Assembly: GCA_016926735.1 (NCBI GenBank)
Contig: JAFGOA010000022.1
Location: 1 to 24,593, forward strand
DNA: 24,593 nucleotides
Reading direction: 5' to 3'
From: Promethearchaeota archaeon
GTDB taxonomy: Archaea > Asgardarchaeota > Lokiarchaeia > Sigyniarchaeales > SOKP01
A program made the translations under genes and the position numbers. Under the pieces are notes generated by a model. It saw nothing but the letters and a program-made list of their open reading frames with translations. It was not told the DNA's origin and searched no databases. Of the stretch, positions 1 to 8,317 are shown piece by piece (position 1 is the first letter of the stretch; every line of letters starts with the position of its first letter).

Positions 1-98
1 CAGGACTATGTAAAGCATGTTTAAATAGGAAATATCCTTTAAAGTCTGTAGAAAAACTAACTGAATTAGAAAATTCAATCAAAACTTCACGTATTTAA
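1..98 (+). CDS. purF: 3' end of amidophosphoribosyltransferase (partial, runs off window)
   Basis: Frame from nt 3 reads GLCKACLNRKYPLKSVEKLTELENSIKTSRI*, with TAA at 96-98. LCxAC-x4-YP resembles the C-terminal [4Fe-4S] motif of PurF. Only 31 codons are visible. Confidence 0.65.
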   Translation, partial: GLCKACLNRKYPLKSVEKLTELENSIKTSRI

Positions 99-254
99 TT
101 TTTCTAATAAAATATAAATAAAAATCAATTTTTATTATAATTAATAGATATATGAAAATCGTTAAAAAAAATAACCTATTGTTACATAATTAATAAAATA
201 GTAAAGATATATAGTTTTGAGAAATAGATTATTGTTTTTGCATGATTCTCACGA

Positions 255-884
255 TTATTTTTTACAATAATTAATAAAATTACGATACATTTCTATTCCA
301 TATTTACTTGATTTCTCTGGATGAAATTGTGTTCCTACTATATTATCTTTAAAAACAATCGAACTAAATTTTGTTGTACCATATTCTGTTGTTCCAAGAA
401 TATTTTCTTCATCCTTTGGACATACATAATAACTATGCACAAAATAAAAATATGAATTATTTGGAATTCCCTCTATAAGATAATGATCTTTTAATTCAAA
501 TTTTACTGAATTCCAACCAATTTGAGGAACTTTTTCAACATTTTTTAAATTAAATGAAATCACTTTTCCTTTAATCAAATCCAGACCTTGATATGTACCC
601 ATTTCTTCACTAAGTGAAAAGAGCAATTGATGACCTAAACATATACCAAAAATAGGTTTTCTATCCTCTGATAGAGATTCTATTACCTGTATTAAATTTT
701 TCTTTTTTAGTTGCATCATAGCATCTCCAAATGCACCCACACCAGGCAATATTACCCCATTAGCATTTAAGATTTCTTTAGGATCTGAAGAAATGACAGC
801 TTTAATATTTAAATATTCTAATAATTTATAAATGCTCTTCAGATTACCCATTTCATAATCAATTATAGCAATATAGAACGTCAT
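255..884 (-). CDS. hisH: Imidazole glycerol phosphate synthase, glutamine amidotransferase subunit
   Basis: IIDYxMGNL, ILPGVGAF, GICLG (catalytic Cys), PQIGWN, YFVHSY and QFHPEKS (His-Glu). Lies 3 nt downstream of hisF. Confidence 0.96.
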   Translation of the reverse strand: MTFYIAIIDYEMGNLKSIYKLLEYLNIKAVISSDPKEILNANGVILPGVGAFGDAMMQLKKKNLIQVIESLSEDRKPIFGICLGHQLLFSLSEEMGTYQGLDLIKGKVISFNLKNVEKVPQIGWNSVKFELKDHYLIEGIPNNSYFYFVHSYYVCPKDEENILGTTEYGTTKFSSIVFKDNIVGTQFHPEKSSKYGIEMYRNFINYCKK

Positions 885-887
885 AAT

Positions 888-1709
888 TTATAACCTCATA
901 GGAATACCTTCTTTTTGACATAGTTTTTTTACTTCATTAATCGAATATTCCCCATAATGAAAAATTGAGGCAGCTAAAGCTGCATCTGCTCTTCCTTTTT
1001 TAAAAGCATCTATTATATGTTGAGGATTCCCTGCACCCCCTGATGCAATTATTGGAACATTTAATTTTTCATTAAAAATTTTTGTAAGATCTAAATCATA
1101 TCCCTCTTTTACTCCATCCATATCCATTGAAGTTAATAAAATTTCACCACTTCCTAAATTCTGCGCATCTATTCCCCACTGAATTGCATCTTTTCCAGTT
1201 GGAGTTCTCCCTCCGTGAATATATACTTCCCACCAACAATATCGTTCACTATCTGACAATTTTATTGTTATTTTATCCAATGCTTCTTCGGGGGAATTTA
1301 CATATACTCTCTTAGCATCAATAGCGGTTACTATACATTGAGAACCAAATATTTTAGCACCTTCTGTAATGATATTAGGATTTTTAACAGCGGAAGTATT
1401 TAATGATACTTTATCTGCTCCTGCTCTTAAAATTTCTTTTATATCTCCAACAGTTCGTATTCCTCCTCCAACTGTGAAAGGAATAAATATTTGTTCACTG
1501 GTTCTTTCAACTAAATCTATCAATATTTTTCTTTTATCAGAGGAAGCTGTAATATCTAAAAAAACAAGTTCATCTGCACCTTGTTCGTCATAAAATTTCC
1601 CTAATTCCACAGCGTCTCCCGCATCTCTTATTTCTACAAACTTAATACCTTTTACAACACGTCCTTCAGTAACATCTAAACAAGGAATAATTCTTTTTGT
1701 AAGTACCAT
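888..1709 (-). CDS. hisF: Imidazole glycerol phosphate synthase, cyclase subunit
   Basis: [37 protein letters not shown], [12 protein letters not shown], PIIASGGAG and ALAASIFH motifs. Confidence 0.97.
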   Translation of the reverse strand: MVLTKRIIPCLDVTEGRVVKGIKFVEIRDAGDAVELGKFYDEQGADELVFLDITASSDKRKILIDLVERTSEQIFIPFTVGGGIRTVGDIKEILRAGADKVSLNTSAVKNPNIITEGAKIFGSQCIVTAIDAKRVYVNSPEEALDKITIKLSDSERYCWWEVYIHGGRTPTGKDAIQWGIDAQNLGSGEILLTSMDMDGVKEGYDLDLTKIFNEKLNVPIIASGGAGNPQHIIDAFKKGRADAALAASIFHYGEYSINEVKKLCQKEGIPMRL

Positions 1710-1846
1710 TTTTTTTAAAGATAGATATAATTTTCTAAATTATTTTAATGTATGATTTAAAATTTTTTTACTTTTCTATTTATTTTTAAAGTGGATTAAA
1801 TTTATTGGAATAATCGAAAAATTCCTTATGAAGTAGATTATTACTC

Positions 1847-4234
1847 TTAAATATCTTTCATATAATTAAACAATCCTCCTATTAATTGACCGATACTTAT
1901 ACCTCCATCTCCTGGAGGTATTAAATTATGCTCAATATATTTTAATCCTGAATCTATTATTTTTTTTTTAATAGTATAATTAAAATCATAATTATAAGCA
2001 ACTCCTCCTGATAGACCGATTTTATGAATATCTAATTCATTAGCTTTATCTATAGCTATTTCAACAAAGATATTTGCTAAGCATTTTTGAAATTTAGCTG
2101 CGATGTCCTTTTTCTTATTTGTATTTTTTATAATAAGGTCAATAATATCACATATAAGTCGAGACGTATTAATTATTATTGTTTTGTTTTTTCTTTCATA
2201 ATCTATTGAAAGTTTTACATTTTCTGGATTACCATTAGATGCAACACATTCTAATCTCATAGCAGGTTCTCCTCTATATGTTTTTAATGAACAAACATCT
2301 AATAAACATGAGACTATGTCAAAAATTCGACCCGTTGAACTCGTTAAAGGTATATTGTTATTAAGATTTGAATTGTGAAGACTTTCATATTGAGATATCA
2401 TTGTATTTAATTCTTTTTCTTTATATTGTAATTTATTAATGAGATTAAGTTTCTCAAAAATATTCTTTGTTTCATCAATAGTATAATTTTTTAAAATAAT
2501 AGAAGCTGCCATTCTAGCCGGAAATTTTATGCATCGTTCACCTCCTATCATAGGTTGATATTCTAGATGAGCTAATCGTTTAAAATGTTTATAAGAACAT
2601 TCAAATATTTCTCCACCCCATATATTACCATCATTCCCATAACCCGTGCCGTCAGTACTTATACCGATAATTTTTTCATTGATATCTATATTATTTTCGA
2701 TCATAAGACTTAATATATGAGCATAATGATGTTGGATTTTATACATTGGAATTTCAAATTTATTTGATAATCTTTCTGCATATCTTGTTGTTATAAAACT
2801 TGGATGAGCATCTGAAACAATAAATTTAATATCATTCTCACTAATTTGAAGTAATTTTTGCATATGAATTAATGAATTTTCTAAAAAAGCAAATGTTTCT
2901 AAATTGTTTACATTTCCAATATATTGAGTTGGATAAATGCGATTATATCTCAAAATAGCACCTGTTAATTCCAATTCCGGACCTGTAGCAATTGCTCCTG
3001 GGATATCTGATTCAAAGGGTATAGTAATAAATTCTGGAACATAACCTCTTGCTCTTCTTATTAATTTTATCTTATTATCATGAATTCTTAAAACACTATC
3101 ATCTATGCGTTGACATATATCTCTATTATGTAATAAAAAAAAGTCAGCTAATTCATGAAGTTGATCAAAAATATCATTATTATTGATACCCATTGGAATA
3201 TTAGTTTGATTGCCACTTGTATAAATTATTGGAAGATTTCCAAGAAATTTAAAAATAAGATGATGAATTCCTGTATAAGGAAGCATAAATCCAACATTAC
3301 ATAATCCTGGAGCAATCCATCTGCTAATCTTTTGATTAAAGTCTCTTTTTTTTTTTTGTAAAAGAACAATTGGTTTTCTAAAAGATTCAATTAATTCTCT
3401 TTCTTTTTTAGAAATGAAAAAATCATTCTTGATAGTATTTATATCAGGAATCATTAAAGCAAAAGGTTTATTTTTACGATTTTTTTTTCTTTGACGTAGT
3501 TTAAGAACAATATTATCATCATTAGCAAGAGCTATAAGGTGCACTCCTCCAATCCCTTTTATTGCGCCAATTTGACCTGATCTTAATCTTTTTACAACTT
3601 CTTGTAAAATTTCTTCTATTTTTTTTTTTTTTATAATTTCGTTATTTGTATCATAAAGAGTATAGTTTGGACCACATCTATTGCACGCAAAAGTTTGAGC
3701 ATGAAATCTACGATTATGGAAGTCATTATATTCTTTATTACATGAATCACAATATGGAAACTCATACATAGTAGAGCGTACTCTATCATAAGGAAGTTCT
3801 TTTACAGTAGAAAATCTTGGTCCGCAGCTTGAACAAGCAATAAAAGGATAATTATAATATTTTTCAAGGTTTTTATTTTGAATTTCCTTCAAACATTGAT
3901 TACAAATAGATATATCTGGTGGAAGAGACAAACCTGTGCCGCTTTTCTTCTGGCTTTTTTTTATTATTAATTGTTTGTAAGTAATTTCTTCTTTTAATTC
4001 ATTTTTTATTATTTTTTCTATATATGAAAATTCTGGTTTTCTTAATTCTAAATTCTTAAGGAAATCATTTATTTTATCATGATTTCCTTGTAATATTAAT
4101 TTAACACCCAAATTCCCATTATTTTGAATAAATCCCGTTAAATTAAACTCTCTGGCTAAATTATATAGAAAGGGTCGAAAACCAACTCCTTGAACAATCC
4201 CTAATATATTTATTTTAATTGTTTTATCTCTCAT
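1847..4234 (-). CDS. hypF: [NiFe] hydrogenase maturation carbamoyltransferase
   Basis: Acylphosphatase-like N-terminus (GIVQGVGFRPF), two CxxC-x18-CxxC zinc fingers with CGPRF and RRFHAQ, KGIGG, QHHYAH, DGTGYG, TSSTGRIFD and PPGDGGISIGQ. Confidence 0.97.
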   Translation of the reverse strand: MRDKTIKINILGIVQGVGFRPFLYNLAREFNLTGFIQNNGNLGVKLILQGNHDKINDFLKNLELRKPEFSYIEKIIKNELKEEITYKQLIIKKSQKKSGTGLSLPPDISICNQCLKEIQNKNLEKYYNYPFIACSSCGPRFSTVKELPYDRVRSTMYEFPYCDSCNKEYNDFHNRRFHAQTFACNRCGPNYTLYDTNNEIIKKKKIEEILQEVVKRLRSGQIGAIKGIGGVHLIALANDDNIVLKLRQRKKNRKNKPFALMIPDINTIKNDFFISKKERELIESFRKPIVLLQKKKRDFNQKISRWIAPGLCNVGFMLPYTGIHHLIFKFLGNLPIIYTSGNQTNIPMGINNNDIFDQLHELADFFLLHNRDICQRIDDSVLRIHDNKIKLIRRARGYVPEFITIPFESDIPGAIATGPELELTGAILRYNRIYPTQYIGNVNNLETFAFLENSLIHMQKLLQISENDIKFIVSDAHPSFITTRYAERLSNKFEIPMYKIQHHYAHILSLMIENNIDINEKIIGISTDGTGYGNDGNIWGGEIFECSYKHFKRLAHLEYQPMIGGERCIKFPARMAASIILKNYTIDETKNIFEKLNLINKLQYKEKELNTMISQYESLHNSNLNNNIPLTSSTGRIFDIVSCLLDVCSLKTYRGEPAMRLECVASNGNPENVKLSIDYERKNKTIIINTSRLICDIIDLIIKNTNKKKDIAAKFQKCLANIFVEIAIDKANELDIHKIGLSGGVAYNYDFNYTIKKKIIDSGLKYIEHNLIPPGDGGISIGQLIGGLFNYMKDI

Positions 4235-4418
4235 TCAAATATAAGAAATTCCTATATTATTAAAATGAAATTATTTTATCAAATAAATAAAAAAGCAAGG
4301 ATCGAGAATCATTATGTATTCATTGGATTCAAATATTGACTAATAATTCTTTTTTCTAAAATATAAGTCTAAAATTTACCAATTCCTAAACTCTTTTAAT
4401 TTTTTTTAATTTCAAATA

Positions 4419-5471
4419 ATGATGATTGATAAAGAGAATCTAAAAGTTATCCGATTAGCTCATGGAGCAGGAGGTATTTTACAGCAAGAATTAATTAATT
4501 TTATAACTAAAGACATATCAAAAAAAAATATTAATAATGGAATTGGAATTGACGAATTAGATGATGGTGCCACAATTCCAATTGAAAATACCGATAAAGA
4601 ATTTATAATTACAGCTGACGGACATACAATTTCTCCAATAATATTTCCAGGAGGAGATTTAGGAAAATTAAGCATATATGGTACTTTAAATGATATTTTA
4701 ATGATGGGAGGTACTCCATTAGCATTAACTTCATGTTATATAATTGAAGAAGGATTTAATATGAAAAAATTAGAGAATATTATAAATTCATTTAATAAAG
4801 CATCGTCTGAAGAAGATTTAGCTATAATAGCAGGAGATACAAAGGTTATGCCTAAAGGAACTTTAAATGGAATAATAATTACTACAACAGGTATAGGTAT
4901 AAGAGATAGAAAGATTAAAATAGCAGATAATAATCTTAAAATTGGTGATGTTATCATTTTAACCGGTTCTATCGGTGATCATGGAACTGCTCTTATGGCT
5001 TCAAGAGAAGGATTTAATATCTCGACAGATTTACAATCAGATTTAGCTAGCTTAACACCTATAATTTGTTCTGTTAAAAATGAAATTCAAAATAATTTTA
5101 TCCATTCAATGAAAGATCCAACAAGAGGAGGAATTGCTGGAGCTTTAAATGATTGGGCAAAAAAAAATAATTTAGGTATTTATATTGATGAAGAAAAAAT
5201 TCCAATTAAAAATCAAGTGCAAGCTATTTGTGATATGCTTGGACTTGATCCTTTTAACATTGCATGTGAAGGAAGAGCTCTTATAGCAGTTGATCCAAAT
5301 TATTCTAAAGAAGTTTTAAAAAAAATAAAAGAAACAAAACTAGGCACTGATGCTGAAATAATAGGTATTGTAAAGGAGGAAAATCCAGGTAATGTATTTT
5401 TAAAGACAATTGTGGGAGGAATGAGATTTTTAGATATGCCTTTAGGAGAACCTATTCCAAGAATCTGCTAA
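4419..5471 (+). CDS. hypE: Hydrogenase maturation carbamoyl dehydratase
   Basis: LAHGAGG, FPGGDLGKL, GDTKV, MKDPTRGG and the diagnostic C-terminal PRIC. Confidence 0.97.
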   Translation: MMIDKENLKVIRLAHGAGGILQQELINFITKDISKKNINNGIGIDELDDGATIPIENTDKEFIITADGHTISPIIFPGGDLGKLSIYGTLNDILMMGGTPLALTSCYIIEEGFNMKKLENIINSFNKASSEEDLAIIAGDTKVMPKGTLNGIIITTTGIGIRDRKIKIADNNLKIGDVIILTGSIGDHGTALMASREGFNISTDLQSDLASLTPIICSVKNEIQNNFIHSMKDPTRGGIAGALNDWAKKNNLGIYIDEEKIPIKNQVQAICDMLGLDPFNIACEGRALIAVDPNYSKEVLKKIKETKLGTDAEIIGIVKEENPGNVFLKTIVGGMRFLDMPLGEPIPRIC

Positions 5472-5495
5472 TTTTGTTTAAATGAGGAAAAGGAA

Positions 5496-6584
5496 ATGAA
5501 TATACCTAATATTCAAATATTAAGAAGTAAAAAATTTGCAACAAAATTAATTGAATCAATCAATAATGTATTAGATGAGATAGATAGACCTATAAAATTA
5601 ATGCATGTATGTGGGACTCATGAACATACGATTTTCAAATATGGATTAAGATCCATTATTTCAAAAAAAATAGAGATAATTTCTGGACCAGGATGTCCTG
5701 TTTGTGTCTGTCCTGCAGCAGATATTGATAAAATAATAGAATTAGCTAAAAGAAAAGATACTATTATTACAACATTTGGTGATATGCTTAGAATTCCGGC
5801 AACAAATATATCTTTAGAAGAAATAAAAGCTGAAGGGGCAGATATCAGAATTGTATATGGTCCGAATGAAGCAGTTAAAATAGCAAAAGAAAATCCAAAT
5901 AAAGAAATTATCTTTTTCGCAATAGGATTTGAAACAACTGCACCATTGGTAGGATTTGAGATCCAATCAAACCCACCATTAAATTTTTCAGTATTATGTG
6001 CTCATAAATTAATACCAGCAGCATTAGAATTATTAATTAGTCAATCTCAATTAAAAATAGATGGATTTATATCTCCTGGGCATGTAAGTGCTATAATTGG
6101 ATTAGAACCATTTGAAATTTTTTCTCAAGGATATCACATTCCAAATGTTATAACTGGATTTGAACCAAATGATGTTCTTTTAGCTATTCTAATGCTTTTA
6201 AGAGAAATAAAAGATAATACATATAGAGTTTTAAATGAATATTCTAGAGTTGTAAAACCGAAAGGAAATATAAAAGCTCAAGAGATTATCTCTGATGTAT
6301 TTGAAACTATCTCATCTCCTTGGCGCGGTATAGGAAGAGTTTATGATGGTGGTTTAGCAATAAAAGAGAAATATAAAGATTTTAATGCTGAAAATAAGTT
6401 TGAGATCGAAATTAAAGAATCCCATGATATTCCTCCAGGATGTTCTTGTCATTTAGTAATGATTGGTAAACTTAAACCATATGAGTGTAAGCTCTTTAGA
6501 AAAAAATGTAATCCTATAAATCCCATTGGCCCTTGTATGGTTTCTTCAGAGGGGAGTTGTAGTATTTATTATAAATATTTTTAA
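5496..6584 (+). CDS. hypD: Hydrogenase maturation Fe-S protein
   Basis: MHVCGTHEH, GPGCPVC, GFETT, PGHVS and the C-terminal Cys cluster ending GPCMVSSEGSC. Confidence 0.97.
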   Translation: MNIPNIQILRSKKFATKLIESINNVLDEIDRPIKLMHVCGTHEHTIFKYGLRSIISKKIEIISGPGCPVCVCPAADIDKIIELAKRKDTIITTFGDMLRIPATNISLEEIKAEGADIRIVYGPNEAVKIAKENPNKEIIFFAIGFETTAPLVGFEIQSNPPLNFSVLCAHKLIPAALELLISQSQLKIDGFISPGHVSAIIGLEPFEIFSQGYHIPNVITGFEPNDVLLAILMLLREIKDNTYRVLNEYSRVVKPKGNIKAQEIISDVFETISSPWRGIGRVYDGGLAIKEKYKDFNAENKFEIEIKESHDIPPGCSCHLVMIGKLKPYECKLFRKKCNPINPIGPCMVSSEGSCSIYYKYF

Positions 6585-6627
6585 AAATAAATTAAAAAAA
6601 ATAATAAAATATAATTTAATGAACAAA

Positions 6628-7500
6628 TTATAATCCTAATTTTTCGATTACGGAATTAAGGCGAACTCTATGAAATTTTAAACCAATTTCATCTGGAGAC
6701 ATTCCCATTGCTAAAGCTAACAATTCTGTAAGATAAAGTATAGGAATATTATATTCTTTTTCGAAATTTTTTGTAAGATTTCTTTGTTGCGTGTCAAATT
6801 GTTGAAAACATGCTGGACAATTTACACATATCACATCTGCGCCTGCTTTTTTAATAGCATCTAACTTTTCTTTTAATATCAGAGCACCGTATTCTTCATA
6901 TGCATTATGAACAGCAGATCCACAACATAGTGCTTCAACATCATAATTTATAACATTGGCTCCAGTTAAGGAGACTATTTCTTTTAAATTCATTGGACGC
7001 ATAGGATCATCTGATTCCATCCATTCTGAGGGGCGCATATAATGACATCCTGGATGACAAGCAATATTTAAACCAGTTAAATGTTTAGTTATTAAATTTT
7101 TAATTTCATCTGATTTGTCTTTTAATACATCAACAAAATGTTTAACATCAATTGTTCCCTTGTATTCTCTTCCAATTTTAGATAATTCAAGATTAATTCT
7201 CTCTTTTTTTGAAGAATCGTGATTTAATTGATGTTTTACTCCTCTTAATGTATTTGTACATCCATTACATAATGAAATAATATCCTTGTTCTCTTCTTCT
7301 GCTAAACATAAATTTCTTGCTCCAATAGCTAGCCAAGCATTATTATCAAAAGATTTCATACCAGTTGGATCTGGACAACAAGAAAAAGGAGCTTGTGATG
7401 TCTGTATATTTAATTTTTCAAACACTTTTCTGGATGCTGCTTCGATAAATGGAATACGGTTTCCAATAGTACAACCTTCAAACATTTTATATTCTGTCAT
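6628..7500 (-). CDS. hdrB: Heterodisulfide reductase subunit B (two CCG domains)
   Basis: GC, SCCPDP, CNGC, HPGCH, CCG and CPACFQQFD give the full non-cubane cluster ligand pattern. Directly downstream of hdrC. Confidence 0.93.
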   Translation of the reverse strand: MTEYKMFEGCTIGNRIPFIEAASRKVFEKLNIQTSQAPFSCCPDPTGMKSFDNNAWLAIGARNLCLAEEENKDIISLCNGCTNTLRGVKHQLNHDSSKKERINLELSKIGREYKGTIDVKHFVDVLKDKSDEIKNLITKHLTGLNIACHPGCHYMRPSEWMESDDPMRPMNLKEIVSLTGANVINYDVEALCCGSAVHNAYEEYGALILKEKLDAIKKAGADVICVNCPACFQQFDTQQRNLTKNFEKEYNIPILYLTELLALAMGMSPDEIGLKFHRVRLNSVIEKLGL

Positions 7501-7505
7501 ACGTA

Positions 7506-8015
7506 TTAATCCTCTTTTAATTTTTTGTCTAATCCAATATTTTTTAATAAAGTCTTTATTTCATCTACATTAGGAGATAAAACTGCGGGTAAATCTAATT
7601 GTTGCCTTCGTCTTTCAATAGCAGATTGGGAAGGAATTGCTTTAGCAGTATCAAATATAGCTTTAGCTTGGCTATAAAGAAAATCAGGGCCTTCTCCTTT
7701 AATAATACTTTCATTTTTTAAGAAAGTAAATATTTCTGTTAACTCAATATTTTGAGGGCAAAGCTCATCACACGTATCACAAACAGTACAACCCCATATT
7801 GTTAGTGAATCAGAATTGAAAATTGCTTCCTTATATCCTAAAAGAGCATTTAAGATATTTTTTCTTGGATCATATCCAGTAGTACCATAAAAATCTTTTG
7901 TTACTTTTGATACAGGACAATAATCTGTACATCGACTACATTGATAACAATATTTAATTATATCAGAACCCATATGATAATCCATAACTTGTTTTCTAAA
8001 CTCAAAATCTATCAT
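7506..8015 (-). CDS. hdrC: Heterodisulfide reductase subunit C (2x[4Fe-4S])
   Basis: CYQCSRCTDYCP and WGCTVCDTCDELCP ferredoxin motifs, an RRQQLDLP tail typical of HdrC, and a 5-nt gap to hdrB. Confidence 0.92.
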   Translation of the reverse strand: MIDFEFRKQVMDYHMGSDIIKYCYQCSRCTDYCPVSKVTKDFYGTTGYDPRKNILNALLGYKEAIFNSDSLTIWGCTVCDTCDELCPQNIELTEIFTFLKNESIIKGEGPDFLYSQAKAIFDTAKAIPSQSAIERRRQQLDLPAVLSPNVDEIKTLLKNIGLDKKLKED

Positions 8016-8070
8016 TTTTTTTTCACTTATTTGATTGATATTTTTTTTTTCATTATTTCATCTTTTTTTA

Positions 8071-8140
8071 TTGGCTATAACCCATGCAAGGTTAGTTAAG
8101 TTCAATCTATTTTTTTTATTGAACAATCATCCTAAGCCAA
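8071..8140 (-). promoter_or_regulatory. Candidate SECIS-like RNA element at the 3' end of vhuU
   Basis: Minus-strand RNA reads UUGGCU-UAGG-AUGA-UU-GUUCAAU-AAAAAAAAUAG-AUUGAAC-UUAAC-UAACC-UUGCAUG-GGUUA-U-AGCCAA. It has an outer stem UUGGCU/AGCCAA, AUGA before a perfect 7-bp stem with an A-rich loop, and a second UAACC/GGUUA hairpin. The 3' GA of a canonical core is not at the expected position. Confidence 0.5.
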
Positions 8141-8276
8141 CATTTAACTTACGTGTATAAATTTCTTTACCATCCTCATTTACAACGGTAATGTGGGCGG
8201 CACATGATAGTCAGCAATCATAACAGCGAACTACCATTTCTAAGAGATTTATTACTCCTTCTGGTATATCACTCAT
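8127..8276 (-). CDS. vhuU: Selenocysteine-containing hydrogenase subunit U (separately encoded C-terminus of the [NiFeSe] large subunit), 49 aa
   Basis: Hand translation from ATG 8276: MSDIPEGVINLLEMVVRCYDC-U(TGA 8213-8211)-LSCAAHITVVNEDGKEIYTRKLNVGLG*(TGA 8129-8127). It matches the L2 motif EMxxRxYDP[C/U]xSCxxH and starts 41 nt after vhuA, which lacks that motif. Confidence 0.92.
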
Positions 8277-8317
8277 TTATTATTTTCACTTTTTAATTTT
8301 AATTATATATATTTAAG

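Noticed and set aside
1127-1593. Plus-strand ORFs 1127-1315 and 1369-1593
   Set aside because: Antisense shadows of hisF with no motifs.
4460-4957. Minus-strand ORFs 4460-4675 and 4736-4957
   Set aside because: Antisense shadows of hypE.
7286-7573. Plus-strand 95-aa ORF
   Set aside because: Antisense to hdrB and hdrC with no recognisable features.
8058-8129. Read-through of the second vhuU TGA as another Sec
   Set aside because: The extension (LFNKKNRLNLTNLAWVIANKKR) runs through poly-A and the structured element and has no recognisable motif. The 49-aa length already fits VhuU.
8211-8213. Reading the vhuA/vhuU region as a pseudogene with a premature stop
   Set aside because: The TGA falls exactly on the Ni-ligand position, the motif continues intact after it, and the split matches the known VhuA/VhuU arrangement. 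All hyp genes present are intact.
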